Notes under the pieces: model-generated
The model's input: the letters and a program-made list of their open reading frames with translations, nothing else
What the model was told of the DNA's origin: nothing
Database searches by the model: none
Origin: Pocillopora damicornis
Taxonomy: Eukaryota
DNA: 64,000 nucleotides
Direction: 5' to 3'
NCBI RefSeq assembly: GCF_003704095.1
Contig: NW_020843402.1
Span: 1,054,001 to 1,118,000 of the forward strand
Part shown: in pieces, positions 23,738-36,342 of the stretch
How positions within the stretch are numbered: the stretch's first letter is position 1
Layout of the letters: every line of letters starts with the position of its first letter
Made by a program: the position numbers and the translations under genes

Positions 23738-26607
23738 TCAGAGACCCCCCTTTGTAAGGCTGTGGCTTAAGATATTACCCATTTGTAACCTTCCATACAC
23801 TGAAGTAAGAGCCCAGTAATGGTTTGTATTACTGACAGAGGAAGAGTGTCTTTTGTAGCCACTTACCCCCGTGACTGACAATGTTGATGATGAGGCCATT
23901 GCTGGCACAGTTTGACAATAAACAACTCTTGAATTTGCAAGCCCTGAGTGGTTACTTCCAGCACGGGTTACTGATCCATGAGATAAACTTAGAGAAGTCT
24001 TAAGTGATGGCTGGTGAGGATTGCGCAGGTTATTTTGGGAAGCTGCATGAAGCTGAGAAAATCTGTAAGCAACAAAAGGACTATGGAGACTTCTGTGACT
24101 GGATTGGTATGGAAGGCCAAGAACAGGTTCTGTTGGACTGGTTGGACTTCTATCTCTTTGCTTTTCACTATGATCAATCCCATTACTCTCCTGAGGAGAA
24201 CTTCTGGTCTTGCCACTGTGGTGTTGAGGATGAGAGTGATTGCCTGGAACCATAATCTTTGTGAGTTGAGCCTGTTCTCTATTGGACTCTGCATTAAATG
24301 GTGGGGTTCCTACAGTGGTTCTTGGGGATGTTGTCCCCTCTGAACTTGAGATATACTTTCCAGTAACAGGCACCATGGTTGGGCGTTCATCACAAGGATC
24401 TCTTGGGAGAATATGTTGAAATCTCTGGGAGCTGGGTATGGATACTAAAGTAGTGATGAGAGGGTAGTCTTCAACCAAGCTGTTGAGAATTGCCACATAA
24501 GTACCTCTGATACAATTATTTGTGTAAATCCTGGATAACCGTGCAAGCTTGGACATATTTGTCATCATCTCCCCCAAGGAATTATGCCCAACTGCGGCAT
24601 TTTCATACCAGATGGGGTCATCTTCGCAAGCATGATGTTTGAAGGATGCTTTGGGCCTTTGCCACAGGTACAAGTTCATCGGGTTCAGCTTCGACAAGTA
24701 CTTCAGAAATGACGCCACCGGACATCTCGGATTTCCTGAAGAAGGGTGTAGTAAAAGCAATATTTCTGTTTCCTTCATTTTAAACTCAATATATCAACAT
24801 ACAAGAAGTATTCTCCTAACAAGCACCTCCAAGAGTTTTGCATAATATCAGAGACAATACATATATTCTAGGTCTCATAAGCTTATGCTTCATTGTGTAA
24901 AATTATCAGTTGCATGAAAATCAGATGAAAAAGCACTCTACACTATGAAGGCCCAAAACCTTGATCACCAACTTGTGATTATGGATGACAGATTAAATAA
25001 CTCCAATTACCAGACACAAATCATGCTCCCTCACATCACAGTGTACCACTATTGAACAGCTTTCAAGGGATCTTTTTTAGAAGGGGGGGGAGGGTGGAGG
25101 GAAAAATCCACAGTACTTCGGTCACCGTTTACAAAACAACAAGGCTTTCTCTCTAATTCACCTAAACCCTTTGGCAAATTTGGTTTCTTCAAGCTTGTTT
25201 TGTATTTTATATTGTTACTATGTGTGTAGTGAATTTGAGTTTGAAGTGTTTTGAACTAGACTCAAAATCCTTTGAAAATATCAGACCATTCTTTTTGTCA
25301 GAACAAAACTTTCCTTATGCAACCCGACATAAATAGCCACAATTCCTTCCCTTTTTGCCTTTCACCAAACGGTGAAAAGCGTTTGGAGTCACAAAACTTT
25401 GACTAGTCAGGTATACCATTTTGGAGGTTAACTTTGTGTCACTTTCTCAGACGCAACCCAGTAAAATATAAAAGCTTACACAAACTTCACTTGGAGAGGC
25501 AAACGTCAATTAACGTGGAAAATTTCAATATAGATGTGTTTGAGAGAACTTGTTCTAACGGCAAGAAAAAACTTGTTTCAACGCCGAACTGCATTTAAAC
25601 ACTATTCGCATTAGAGATATTTGCTGGTAAAACTTCGCTTTTAAACAACAACCTTGTATGCTGTTAGGAAATTGTTGGCCTTGCAAGGCCATGCACTTTC
25701 TCTTCAAAATTTTTTTTACTGATATCGTTTTCAAGGTCCCACAACAAGATTTGCTTCGACCGACGAAAAGCTTTTATGAGGTTTTGAATACTCTCGCTTG
25801 TTTTCTGACAAAAAGCTTACCTGGTTTTTCATTCATTCGAGGACATTTTCCATCGGTAAAAACGTTTTCACAATGCGCCGGATTAGGATAAATATACTTC
25901 AAGCCAGTAGAAGAATCATAGCCCACGAGAAACGTGTCTCGGGTTTGTTCCCTGACGTTACTGCGATTCCGTTTTCCAGGCAAATACATCAGCAGATCAA
26001 AGAACACTTTCCTTTGCAAGCCATCGGCGCTGAATGGCGACAAGACATCACTTAGATAAAGTTTCTTTAAGTCATCTGGGCCAATGTCGGAACGATTTAC
26101 CTCGCCTTTGCCTTGCTTTTTAAGCTTCTCCACCTGCGCTTTAAAAATTTTGTTTGATTCGGTAAACTCGGGGTCGTTTTTTATGTCTATATTGCTCTGT
26201 TGTGACTGTAAGTACCGCAGGATACCAAACCGTATACTTCCCAGAGCAGAGGACTTGTAGTAATCGCCGTTCTTTTTGCGGGCTTCAACGTAAAATTTAC
26301 GCAAAAGATCATTCAACGCTGCCTTATCCAAGTTCTCGAAGTTCACATCCATACTTTTTTCCTCCATGTAGTCGCGGAGAATTTTCACAGCATTTTTTGT
26401 AGACCTCCATGTATTTTCACTGCAAGAGCGATGCTCCAACAATCTCTGAATGTCTTCCTCTGAACTTTCACCAAAACGCGGGAGCGAGTTTTCGTCTGTT
26501 GGACTTCCAACCGAGCTTTCTTCACTGTCACCGTTATTTTCGGCGTTTTCCATAGGTTCTACTTTCACTTCGGGAAGGAGAACAACTGAGCTTGTTTCTT
26601 CGTCCAT
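23738..26607 (-). CDS. Crypton/tyrosine-recombinase-derived (DUF3504-like; KCTD1/QRICH1/ZMYM-type) protein, 2 coding exons; 594 aa if it ends at TGA 23738, or spliced at 23867 into URAH
   Basis: Exons 26607-25821 and 24735-23738 (CCAG|gtaagc ... ttcag|GAAAT). SAM-like core-binding part NTWRSTKNAVKILRDY, LLRKFYVEARKKNGDYYKSSALGSIRFGILRYL. Catalytic-domain part LQRKVFFDLLMY, RCPVASFLKYLSKLNP, LWQRPK, WYENAAVGHNSLGEMM, YTNNCIR. The C-terminal part is Ser/Pro/His-rich low complexity. Confidence 0.85.
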
Positions 26608-26701
26608 TATCGCGCGGAGATTGAAGTTGTCGCGTATTCGCGCTGGTAAGACTTCAACACGATTTGATGCCGGGCAATATATAGTGATGTCACACACTCA
26701 C

Positions 26702-27139
26702 CAGAAAGCGTAGACACTTATGATGGTTATTTATAACGCACAAACCCCTATCCACCGCTATAACATGATTATCCACCAGAGAAAAAGATGCGGATGACTA
26801 AGGCAAACCTGAAACTGTTTTCCACCTTCATAACGGCAAAAACATTTTCCGATTCTTTGGCATGGTTTACTGTAAAGGTTTGGTAACAACTGGTCCAATA
26901 TAACTTAATCTTCATTCTTCACTTGAAGAGACTTATTTCTGTGGTGCCAAAAAGCTTGCATCATATACCTGCTCTTTTTTAAAGGTCGAGTGCAAAGTCA
27001 TCGATATTAGGCCCTTTCCGGAGAATATCTCCAGTATGGTTGACTTGTGATATCATCACTTGATGACCTCGAATAAAATTCGGTGTCAGTTCAAACGCAG
27101 ACACGGGTCTAAAAAAACCTTTTCCCTGGCAGCCATCTT
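26702..27139 (-). promoter_or_regulatory. Probable 5' exon(s)/TSS region of the Crypton-URAH locus
   Basis: YY1-like aagatggctgc (27139-27129), donor CAG|gtatat at 26968, acceptor tttcag at 26809 and donor CTG|gtgagt at 26701. Confidence 0.4.
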
Positions 27140-29849
27140 AACAGCTCTCTCTCACATCCAGACCATTATAACCAACGTTTTTAAAGACAATTGCGAGGTA
27201 ATTTTCCAAAAGATAACACTCAGTTAATATTGATTACTTTTCGTCATATCTATTATGACTCCAAGTTATATTACCACACAGAGAACTGTCGTATCATATC
27301 TTTATGTAATTAATCGAAAAATAGACAAGCGGCTATGAACAGTATGTTGACATGTATAACAATTAACAATATGGTTGAACTTTTTTTAAGAAAAGATATT
27401 GGCCACGCAAAAAGTAAACGTCAGTTTTCACAATTTGGACAATATATTAAACGAGACGCTCGAACAAAAACTAAAATTAAATAAAAATATAGTTTTCAAT
27501 AGCCCCCTTAAATGCCAGGCATACGTAAACAGTTGATTTCACGTCAAAACACGAAAGCTGTCAATCCTTAATATCTTTAAAGTTCAGTTTCCGCTTGATA
27601 CGACATGACACTTTTGCCAGCCATTCGACAAATACGGCTTTTTAACGTTCGGACAAGGGGAGGTCAAATAATACTATTGTCCAAAAAGCAATTACGGGCT
27701 AATACAGCGACGATGCGTTTCAGAGAAATATTACTTTCCGAGTGCACAGGTCAAGATATTGCCTTTAGAAAATGCTGCTATTTATAATAAAAATACAACT
27801 ATAAGAAAAAAGCTTGAAGCGTAACCGCATCAATGACGATTCCTCTTTCGATTCAACCGTACCAGTAGAATCAGTTCTGTATGTTTTAAATTTGCAAAGC
27901 ACCGTGACAGTGTAGATTTATATATGGGCAGTTGTTTCGAAACATTTACTGATCGCTCCGAGTGGTTTGTGCACGCCCTCGAAAAACGTTTTAAAATGAT
28001 GCCATAATGTAGGCGCCTACTTATTACAAACTAAATCCGATAAAAGCCAATACTGGAACAACGTTTTTAAATATCATTGCTTCATGCATAGAGTAAATTA
28101 TTCATGCATTTACCATATCACTCGTATATTTTTACTCCCGGCTAAAAACAGAGCTCCACAATATTTCCACAGAGACTGAAGATCTAGACATTGTGAACTC
28201 AATCGAGTGGAAATTATCAGTATTAGTTAAAAAAATGCTTTTTGTGGTATCATGTAAGATTACGTGTAAACCTTTTGAAATACCGTCATCCTATAGTTTG
28301 ACGAGTATATCATGAGTTTAAATCGTACCCGATGACTCTCAACAAAGAGTGGAGAAAGTTTTTTTTTTCTTTTAATACGGCAGGAGAAAAAAGTGTGGGT
28401 GTTTTTAATTTCTCTCTTTTTTTTCGGTCACCGATTATTTTGATGTTCGTGTTTTGCAATACTATAAATAGAATTTTACTAAATTAGATTGATTGATGTG
28501 GGCGATTTCATTTTCGCGGTTTTTAAGTAAAGCTTTCTAATGGGATCACATTGCACTCATAGTTACCTGGAATTGCAACAACCGGGAACAACTCTTCAGT
28601 TTGAAAGATAACCCTTAAAAAAGTGAGGTTCTTGAAAAGTTTCTGTCGTGTCACTTCTAATATCATGTTCTAGTGAAATGTTTTTACCAAAACTGCAGTG
28701 TAATGCAATTCCTCGAGTTAACTTAATTATCCTCGAGTCCAGTTTACTTTCTAAAAACATAGATACTATAGCAGTAATCTATGTTATCCCAACCGCAAGT
28801 ATTTACGTCCCTCTAAATTGAACTAATCTATCGACATAAAAAAAAGATAACATCACCGCTTTTTACCAACAAGAGCCCAATATAGAAAAATGAAGAAATT
28901 ATTCGGATGCTTACCAAATCGCCTTACGTTTTTGTTCCGCTATATATAGTTATTTCCTATTTCGCAGACTTGACTTTCGGAAACAAGCTTCTTCAACGCT
29001 GAGTGACCTCAAACGCCCAATAAACAGGAAAATTTCTCGCATATTTTTACTACACATTGACACAAATTGGTGAGAGCGCTGGGAGAGAAAAGTGTGTCTT
29101 GACGATTCAAATAATTCATAAAATAAAAGCATACTTGAAAAAAACAGTTCACGGCTGGTACGACAAAGCAATTCGTCTCGGCTACAACTCTGAGCATTTT
29201 AAAGCGAACTTTTTATGCATTCCGTTCGGAAAATCAAACAGTGGCAATCTACTTTCGCAGACAGATTTCCAACCACGCTTTCATAGGCTAAATTTATCAG
29301 AATTTTAGGTTCCACTTGGAAGCGCTACTCATATCTGCTTCTACAACACCAGTTGTGTTGCATAATCCGTCTAATGGAATATTCGAGATAGTTACGAAAG
29401 TCACGAACAACTTCTTCTTCTGACCTGATTGGAAGTTCTTCCCTCTACTTTTTGTACTTTCCTCAAAGATCGTGAAAAAGAATTTGGTGTTATACCAAAA
29501 TGAAACCCTCTAACTGATAGTTTGTCAATTCTAGTCATGTTTTTGCTGGATGTGTTGGTATTTAATGGAGAAGCTGCAAGTTTATCACCTTTTGCCTTTA
29601 CTGTCGAAAGGAGAAAATTATAGCATCTTGAGCATTTCATTTAAGCTCTATAAATCAGAATAATGTGCCGAGGAAAATCTGAGCAACTCGTGCTAAAAGA
29701 AAGCTGCAGTTTAGTTCAATATAAGGTTAGTTTCATTAGTAGCACTGCAGCACGAGGGGCCTGAAAGGGTCTAGCACTAGTGCCAGACCCCTTGCAGACC
29801 TCTTACCGCACACCTTGCTTCCAAAAGTGAGTGCCTGCTCACAGTCTAA

Positions 29850-30015
29850 TAGGCCATTTCCAAATTACCTTTGGCCCTTTTTTTTTCAAAACGAGGCCTA
29901 GTGCTCAAACCATTTGTTTGAAAATGAGATTGATTTACATGTGAATGAAAACTTGTTATCACATGGGAGGATAAGCACTAGGCATCACTTTGAAAGAGGC
30001 CATAGGTAATTTAGA
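29850..30015. repeat. Short imperfect-palindromic MITE-like repeat
   Basis: ccaaattacctttggcc..tttcaaa..agtgct at the left end pairs with agcact..ttgaaagaggccataggtaattt at the right end. Confidence 0.55.
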
Positions 30016-32305
30016 AAAGAGCTACTCTTGACTATTCTTTATTTACATAAATTTCAGCTTTCTTTTAGCTGAAAATGCCCAAAGTTTCCTCAGGACATTT
30101 TATCCTGAAACAATCACTTTAGATCATTTCACTCAACTCACATCAACCCTCTCTGGGTGAACTGAGCGATAAACATTTATTTCATTTATTTGTTATTCGT
30201 ACACAAGGGCATAGGCACTTTCAGGTTTAAATCCAAACTGTGGATGAATTAAACTACTTTAAAATGCCTTTCACTGTATTCACTGGAAAAGCAGTTGCAA
30301 ATCCTAGCTCCCTCAGCAGATAATTTGAATAGTTGGTCACATAATCTGAATGTGTGAGTGAGGAGAGTCAGGGGAAGATATATACATAGTCAAGCAACTT
30401 CACTCAAGTGACTTGACTCTGGTAATGACATCACATGATTCATTCCTGTTGTCAGAGTATCAGTAACTGTTTACCATTAAAGTCCTACTCAGAGCTACTC
30501 TCACTTGCTTGATCAGACAACACAACTTACTGTCACTGCTGACCTCAAAACCATTAACTGTGTGAAAAGAAATTACTCATTTTGGAGTAATTATATTTCT
30601 CTTCTAATAAAAACTTTTTCTTGCTTAGTTGCAAGTCGACCAGAGAACTATAGTGACTCTTTTGCAACCACACTGTACTTTACAGAGAAACTGGATAATA
30701 TCTAATTCAAATCCTACATTCATCTCAATGATAATCTAGTTGTGGTTAAGAAGGGAACATATTTAGATTTGTTGCCCCTCAGAAAGGCATATCATACCTG
30801 TGATCTGGCTCACGGAAAAAAGAAACAGGTTTAACCCATTAACCCAATTGACATCATGGCATTATATCACTCAGTTATAGCATAAGATTAACTTACATTA
30901 ACTTTAGCTCCAATCAATCCTTAAACCCCTGAGACTGACAAGTATCTAATTTCTCCCAACAGTATCCCCCCTGAATCTTAAATAAAGGAAATGATTGTGA
31001 GGTCAAGATACTCTGGATCATTAAGCAAATTCTCCTTGTGAGTAAATTTGTATAATAGGAAATGTACAGAGAGAAGTGTGGAGAACTTGGAAACTGATGT
31101 TAGGGTGCAAAGTGTTAACAGACAGATTTACCTAAATATCTAAATGAAGTTGTGTGTGTTTCGAAAGAGTAGTGAAAATTGCCCATGATGTAAGCTGGTG
31201 TTCAAGACAGAGAGATTGGCATGAAAATATAAAAGAAATGTATTTGTCCAGAATGGATAATGCAAACTGCCCATTAAACAGGCTTATATTCAAAACACTT
31301 GGGTTCTAATTTACAGCCATAGAATCATTTCCCTCTGTCTCTCAACCTTAAGTTTGAACGAGAGACAAGATTACACTTTGTAGATAAGGCACAATGCAGT
31401 GAAGTTATGGTGGATTTACCACTCTCTACAAGATATGGTACTACAGCACAACTGAAATTATCATATAATTTTAAGATTGGATGGACACGAACATTCCCCT
31501 CGGCATACCTTGAGTGTTTTACTAATCCCTCAGAAGATAGGAATAAGATGTAAATGACAGTTTTTTAAGTAGGAACGAAGGGGTAAGTGACTCGAGTACA
31601 TCACCTTTCAGATTTCAAATGAAACAAAAGGCTACATTTGAAAAGATATAATGGACAGCTGAACACTTTGTGTGGATTATCATGATTAAGCCTTTTTTTC
31701 GCTATTTCCACGAAACATTTGCGTAACAATGAGGAAAGTAAGAAGGAGACATTTTAAAACGGTCTGGACGTATGATGCAGAGGAGGGGAGGGGGAGCAGG
31801 GGCTTCCCTTGCACGGGCGAGTACGATCGCATGCACGGGACGACCCTGTTACAAAAGACCTCACCCAGCCGCTGATATTTTCCCCACAAAATCGTTTTCT
31901 CTTGCATTTTATTTTCACAAACCCCGTGTTAGGAATAGGTCATTGAAGCGTTTTCTACAATTGTGAGATATGTTGCTCATCTGATGCGTAAACTAACTGG
32001 TCTCTAGCGCATTAGTAACTTATGGCATACAGCGTAGTTGCATTTTAAAAGCCAAGTAGGAACAGTATGTAGTGCGCAGATCAACTAACCTTTTCTGGGC
32101 TTATGTGGTTCCGTATGCTATATAATCTTGCGTTACACTGCATAAGTGTCAATTGTCCACCACCAAACCACAAGATATCCGATCAATTATCCAGGAAACA
32201 AAAAGTTGTTTACGTGTCCCGCCTACAAGCCGAGACCGAACTCCAAGCTCAGAGAGCCAGCGACTATTTGGGTCTGAGGTTTTCTCGCTAAATTTAAAAT
32301 CCAAG

Positions 32306-35300
32306 ATGGCGACATCGAATGCAATGAAATCGTGCGCTACAAAATTGACCAAAGCAGAAAAAAAGGCCCTAAGAAAGCAAACGAGACTAATTAATAGTCT
32401 TCGCAGAAATAATGCCGATCTTGCAACAGTTTCAGAATTGCCCACTCGTCATCTGATGGTTGGAAATGGAGGGTTCATGTGTGGCATAGACCGAAGGCAA
32501 ATTTTCAGTTTGTTCCAGAAGTTTGGAAACATAGAACGGCTTCTAATGTTCCCTGGTAGATCCTTCTCGTTTATCACCTTTGAGCATGTCAGTGAATCAG
32601 TTAAGGCAATGGAAAAAGTGCACGGGCGAGTTTTAGACTGTCCTTCGGAGTTTCCGAGACCCGACGTTAGATTTTACTTGTCTTTTCTCACGAACGTACC
32701 CGATAATGTTTCCTTTGAAAAACAGGCCACACCATCAGGTCTTGTGTTAGTGGATGATTTTGTGACGGAGGTAGAAGAGGCGCAGTTAATTCAAGCGTTA
32801 GGATGGAGAAGTGGAGGGAGGGAGAATGAAATTCAAGGCACAGGTAGTTATGGTTTGATCAAGTTCACTAGCACCCTTTTATATTTCTGGGTGTAAGACG
32901 GCGCTGTGAGAATTTTTTTCGAAAGATATGACTCTGACCCCGGTTAGAGCTCAAGTCCTTACCTTCTAATGAATAGTCCACTCTATCAGGCCACAGCTTA
33001 CCAACCCTCACTGATGGGGAAGGATAAAAACATACATCATATAAAATATTCCTACATATGTGTAGTTTACCTTCTCCACCTGTCCCTTTCTGTGCACCAA
33101 ATTGGATGATAGCATCATAAGTTATGAAGAACTATCCCAGATTAGAAGCAAACTGTTTGTAATAAGATGTGATTGTTTAGTGCTTTTTCCATAGACACCT
33201 TTTGATGTTGATATGATTTACTTGTTCCCTTTTTGCTATTAGTACTGTTTGTGAAGAGACTGGCTTTATTTGTTTAAGTAGAAGTTTATAATTCTGCATT
33301 CTGAATGAGTTATACTAACTGCACATTTTTTTTTTGTGGGGACCAAATCAGTTGCAGATAGGATTGCCTGTATAGTCATAACCTTTCTTCTTCCTTCACA
33401 GCAAACCAACAACTTCGTCACAGAAGAGTCAAACATTTTGGGTATGAGTTCCTGTATGGATCAAGTAATGTCGACAAATCAAATCCTTTACCTGACGGAA
33501 TTCCTAGTGTTTGTGATGAACTGTTGGATCGTGTTCAGGAGAAAGTTATTTGGAAACCAGATCAAATGACAGTTAATGAATACAAACCTGGCCATGGTAT
33601 TCCACCTCACATTGACACTCACTCAGCTTTTGAGGATGGAATAGTTTCACTCAGCCTTGGATCACAGGTATTTGTTTGATAGCAGGTTTTCAATAAGATG
33701 GTTTGCAATAAGAGGCATGGCTCCTAATAGTTAATCTCTATGTTAATCATTTCTTTTTTCCAACCTTGTTTCCAGGCTGTCTCTTCTTCTTTGCCCCCAA
33801 CCCCTCTCCCCTTAGGAATGAGGTTGTTGGTGGAGAAAGGATAGTGCAATAGTGTGAGTGCATGTCCTCTGACATTGTGGCCTGGGTTCTATTTCAAGGC
33901 CAAACATCACATGGGGGTAGTTTATTGTTTTTTTCCTATTCTTGCTGCAAGGATACTCGACATACTAATTCAACCTGGTCAGCACTTGATGAGGGGTTAC
34001 CCTATTAGAGCTCCATGGCTAAATCCATTTGTTTGTTACATTTCATATTTGAATTTCTAAAATTTTGTGTACTCAAAATCCTGATTTGACTCGGAAGCAT
34101 TGAATACAAAGCCACCCCATGAAAGTTTTTGGGTAAAAGTTTGGGGTATTTTATTTCAAATAATTTTTTTCAGGTCACAATGGAATTTCGTCATCCGGAT
34201 GGTAGACACGTATCAGTTGTTTTGCCGAGGAGGAGTTTACTTATAATGACTGGTGAAAGCAGATATCTTTGGAGTCATGGGTAAGATTTGAATGGATTAC
34301 TTTTTAATCAGGGAAAGGAAAGAACCAGAAGTAATACAAAGTCGATTGCAATTGAGTTCGTGATTTCGCTATGTCTAATTCGCGTCAATCTTCGGTATTC
34401 TTAGCCATCCGCTGTCTTTTTGGCTAACTCTTGCCATTTCTATATTCTCTCTCTTACCAGACCAATACTTAGTGGTTTCCTTCACGCTGGCGCTAATTTT
34501 TCTCGCGTCGGCACACGACTCAAAGATGTAGCGTAGTTCTGTTACAGAAGGGGAAAATCAAGGAAGAACGTGCATATCTTTCATCTGAACTTGGAGTACA
34601 CCTAGATGAAATTGCCTTCCATTTTTTAAAAACTTTGTGAAATAAAGTAAAATTCTAATCTTAACCCGTTTTTCTTTTACTTCTCATCATATGTTCGTAA
34701 CTTTTGCGAACTATATTTTCTTATCTTCAAATTGCAGTATAACGCCACGAAAATACGATATCATACATGATGTTAAAAGCACGTCAAACGAGGGGACTGG
34801 TTACGAAGAAAATTCCAAGAAACCTGAAACAAATAGCGCACAGGGCACCTCCAATATAACAGCCGAAGAGGGAATGACTCTGTTTGAAAGAGAAACAAGG
34901 ATATCACTGACACTCCGCAAAGTCCGTCAAACTCCATGTAACTGCGCCTTCCCAGCTCAGTGTGATTCGCAAACTGGAAACAAGACTTCAGCTGCAATCC
35001 CGCCTTCGTCCGATGTTCCAACAACGATTGGAGAAGCGCAAAAGCTGGAAAAGCTGCACGTGCATGAAGTGTACGAGAAGATTGCGCCACATTTCAGTGG
35101 AACACGGCACAGCCCTTGGCCAAAAGTGGCTGAGTTTCTGCGAAATCAACCAGTCGGGAGTCTGGTAGCTGATGTAGGATGTGGAAACGGCAAATATCTC
35201 GGGATCAATGATAATCTATTCAAAACAGGTTCTGATAGAAGTTTCAACCTGGCTTCCATCTGCCGGGAGCGGGGACATTCTGTGATTGTGTGTGATATCT

Positions 35301-36342
35301 TGTCATTGCCATACAGGTAAAGAGAGCAGCCAAAGTATAATCATTAATATCATTAAAATAATTTTAATGTATTTCCACATGTAACCTGGGACTGCACTGG
35401 TTGTGAATCTGCGCGCCTTGTAATTGGCTTTCAAGAAACTTGCGTCACCAATCAAAAATGCAAAACCAAAACCGATCCTATAATAGTCACATGTGTTTTC
35501 GCGCGCTTTAGTTCTCATCACTTCTTGTGTTCTACAGTGATCTGATTGGCCAGTGTGTTTACTTTGAATTTGGTAATACTGAGTATTCAAATGGTTGGAA
35601 AGGTGTTCACGTAGTGTTTGTCTCGTTACTTTTTGTCGTTGACAGAGATAAACTTGTCGTTAGCGAGGGAACAGGCCAAGGGATTTAAAAGTCGTGAAAC
35701 TGAATTTCGTCGTTTTTGCTTTCGTCTTTCAGGTCTGATGTGTTTGATGTAACTCTCTGCATCGCAGTTCTTCACCACCTCGCTACGGCCGAGCGACGTC
35801 TGGAAGGTCTGAAGGAACTGGTGCGAATAACACGTCCAGGGGGACTGGTGCTCGTTTACGTATGGGCTTTAGAACAGGAAGTGAAAAAGGTTAAAAAGAA
35901 ACAGCTAAAGGAAGTGGAATTCAGGGAACGTAATGATCACCACACCGGACCGGAAGACGTAAGCAACAAAAACGAGACTTCGGAAAAGAGCAAAGCGGTC
36001 GGAAACTTCTCCGCAAATAACGAACCATTCCCAAATAAATCCAAACCTTTAGATGATAATTGTTCCACAAGATTGATGGTTAATGCTAGTCGGGAATCTT
36101 TTGAGCAACAAGATTTGTTTGTGCCGTGGAAATACAGCGGCTCTGGAAAACAACACGAGAAACAGGAAAAAGACACTGAAGAGTCAGGGGAAGGCACAGA
36201 TGGTCACGTGTACCACAGGTATTATCACGTGTTTCAAGATGGCGAGCTCCGAGAACTTTGTAGCCGCCTCAGTAACGTGACAGTGGAGGAGCATTATTAC
36301 GACAGAGGGAATTGGTGCGTGGTACTCAGGAAAAAGAAATAA
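32306..36342 (+). CDS. ALKBH8: ALKBH8 tRNA wobble-uridine methyltransferase/hydroxylase (RRM + AlkB + Zn motif + Trm9-like MTase), 5 exons, 699 aa
   Basis: Exons 32306-32843, 33402-33667, 34174-34280, 34738-35316 and 35733-36342 are in frame. Motifs: LMVGNGG (RRM), [80 protein letters not shown]. Confidence 0.95.

Noticed and set aside
23760-23795. RLQMGNILSH as a PTS2 leader for HIUase
   Set aside because: Spacing does not fit RLx5HL, and the adjacent GT would be phase 1, incompatible with the phase-0 acceptor.
29300-29640. Minus-strand ORF MKCSRCYNFL... and neighbouring open frames
   Set aside because: No recognisable homology or credible splice context.
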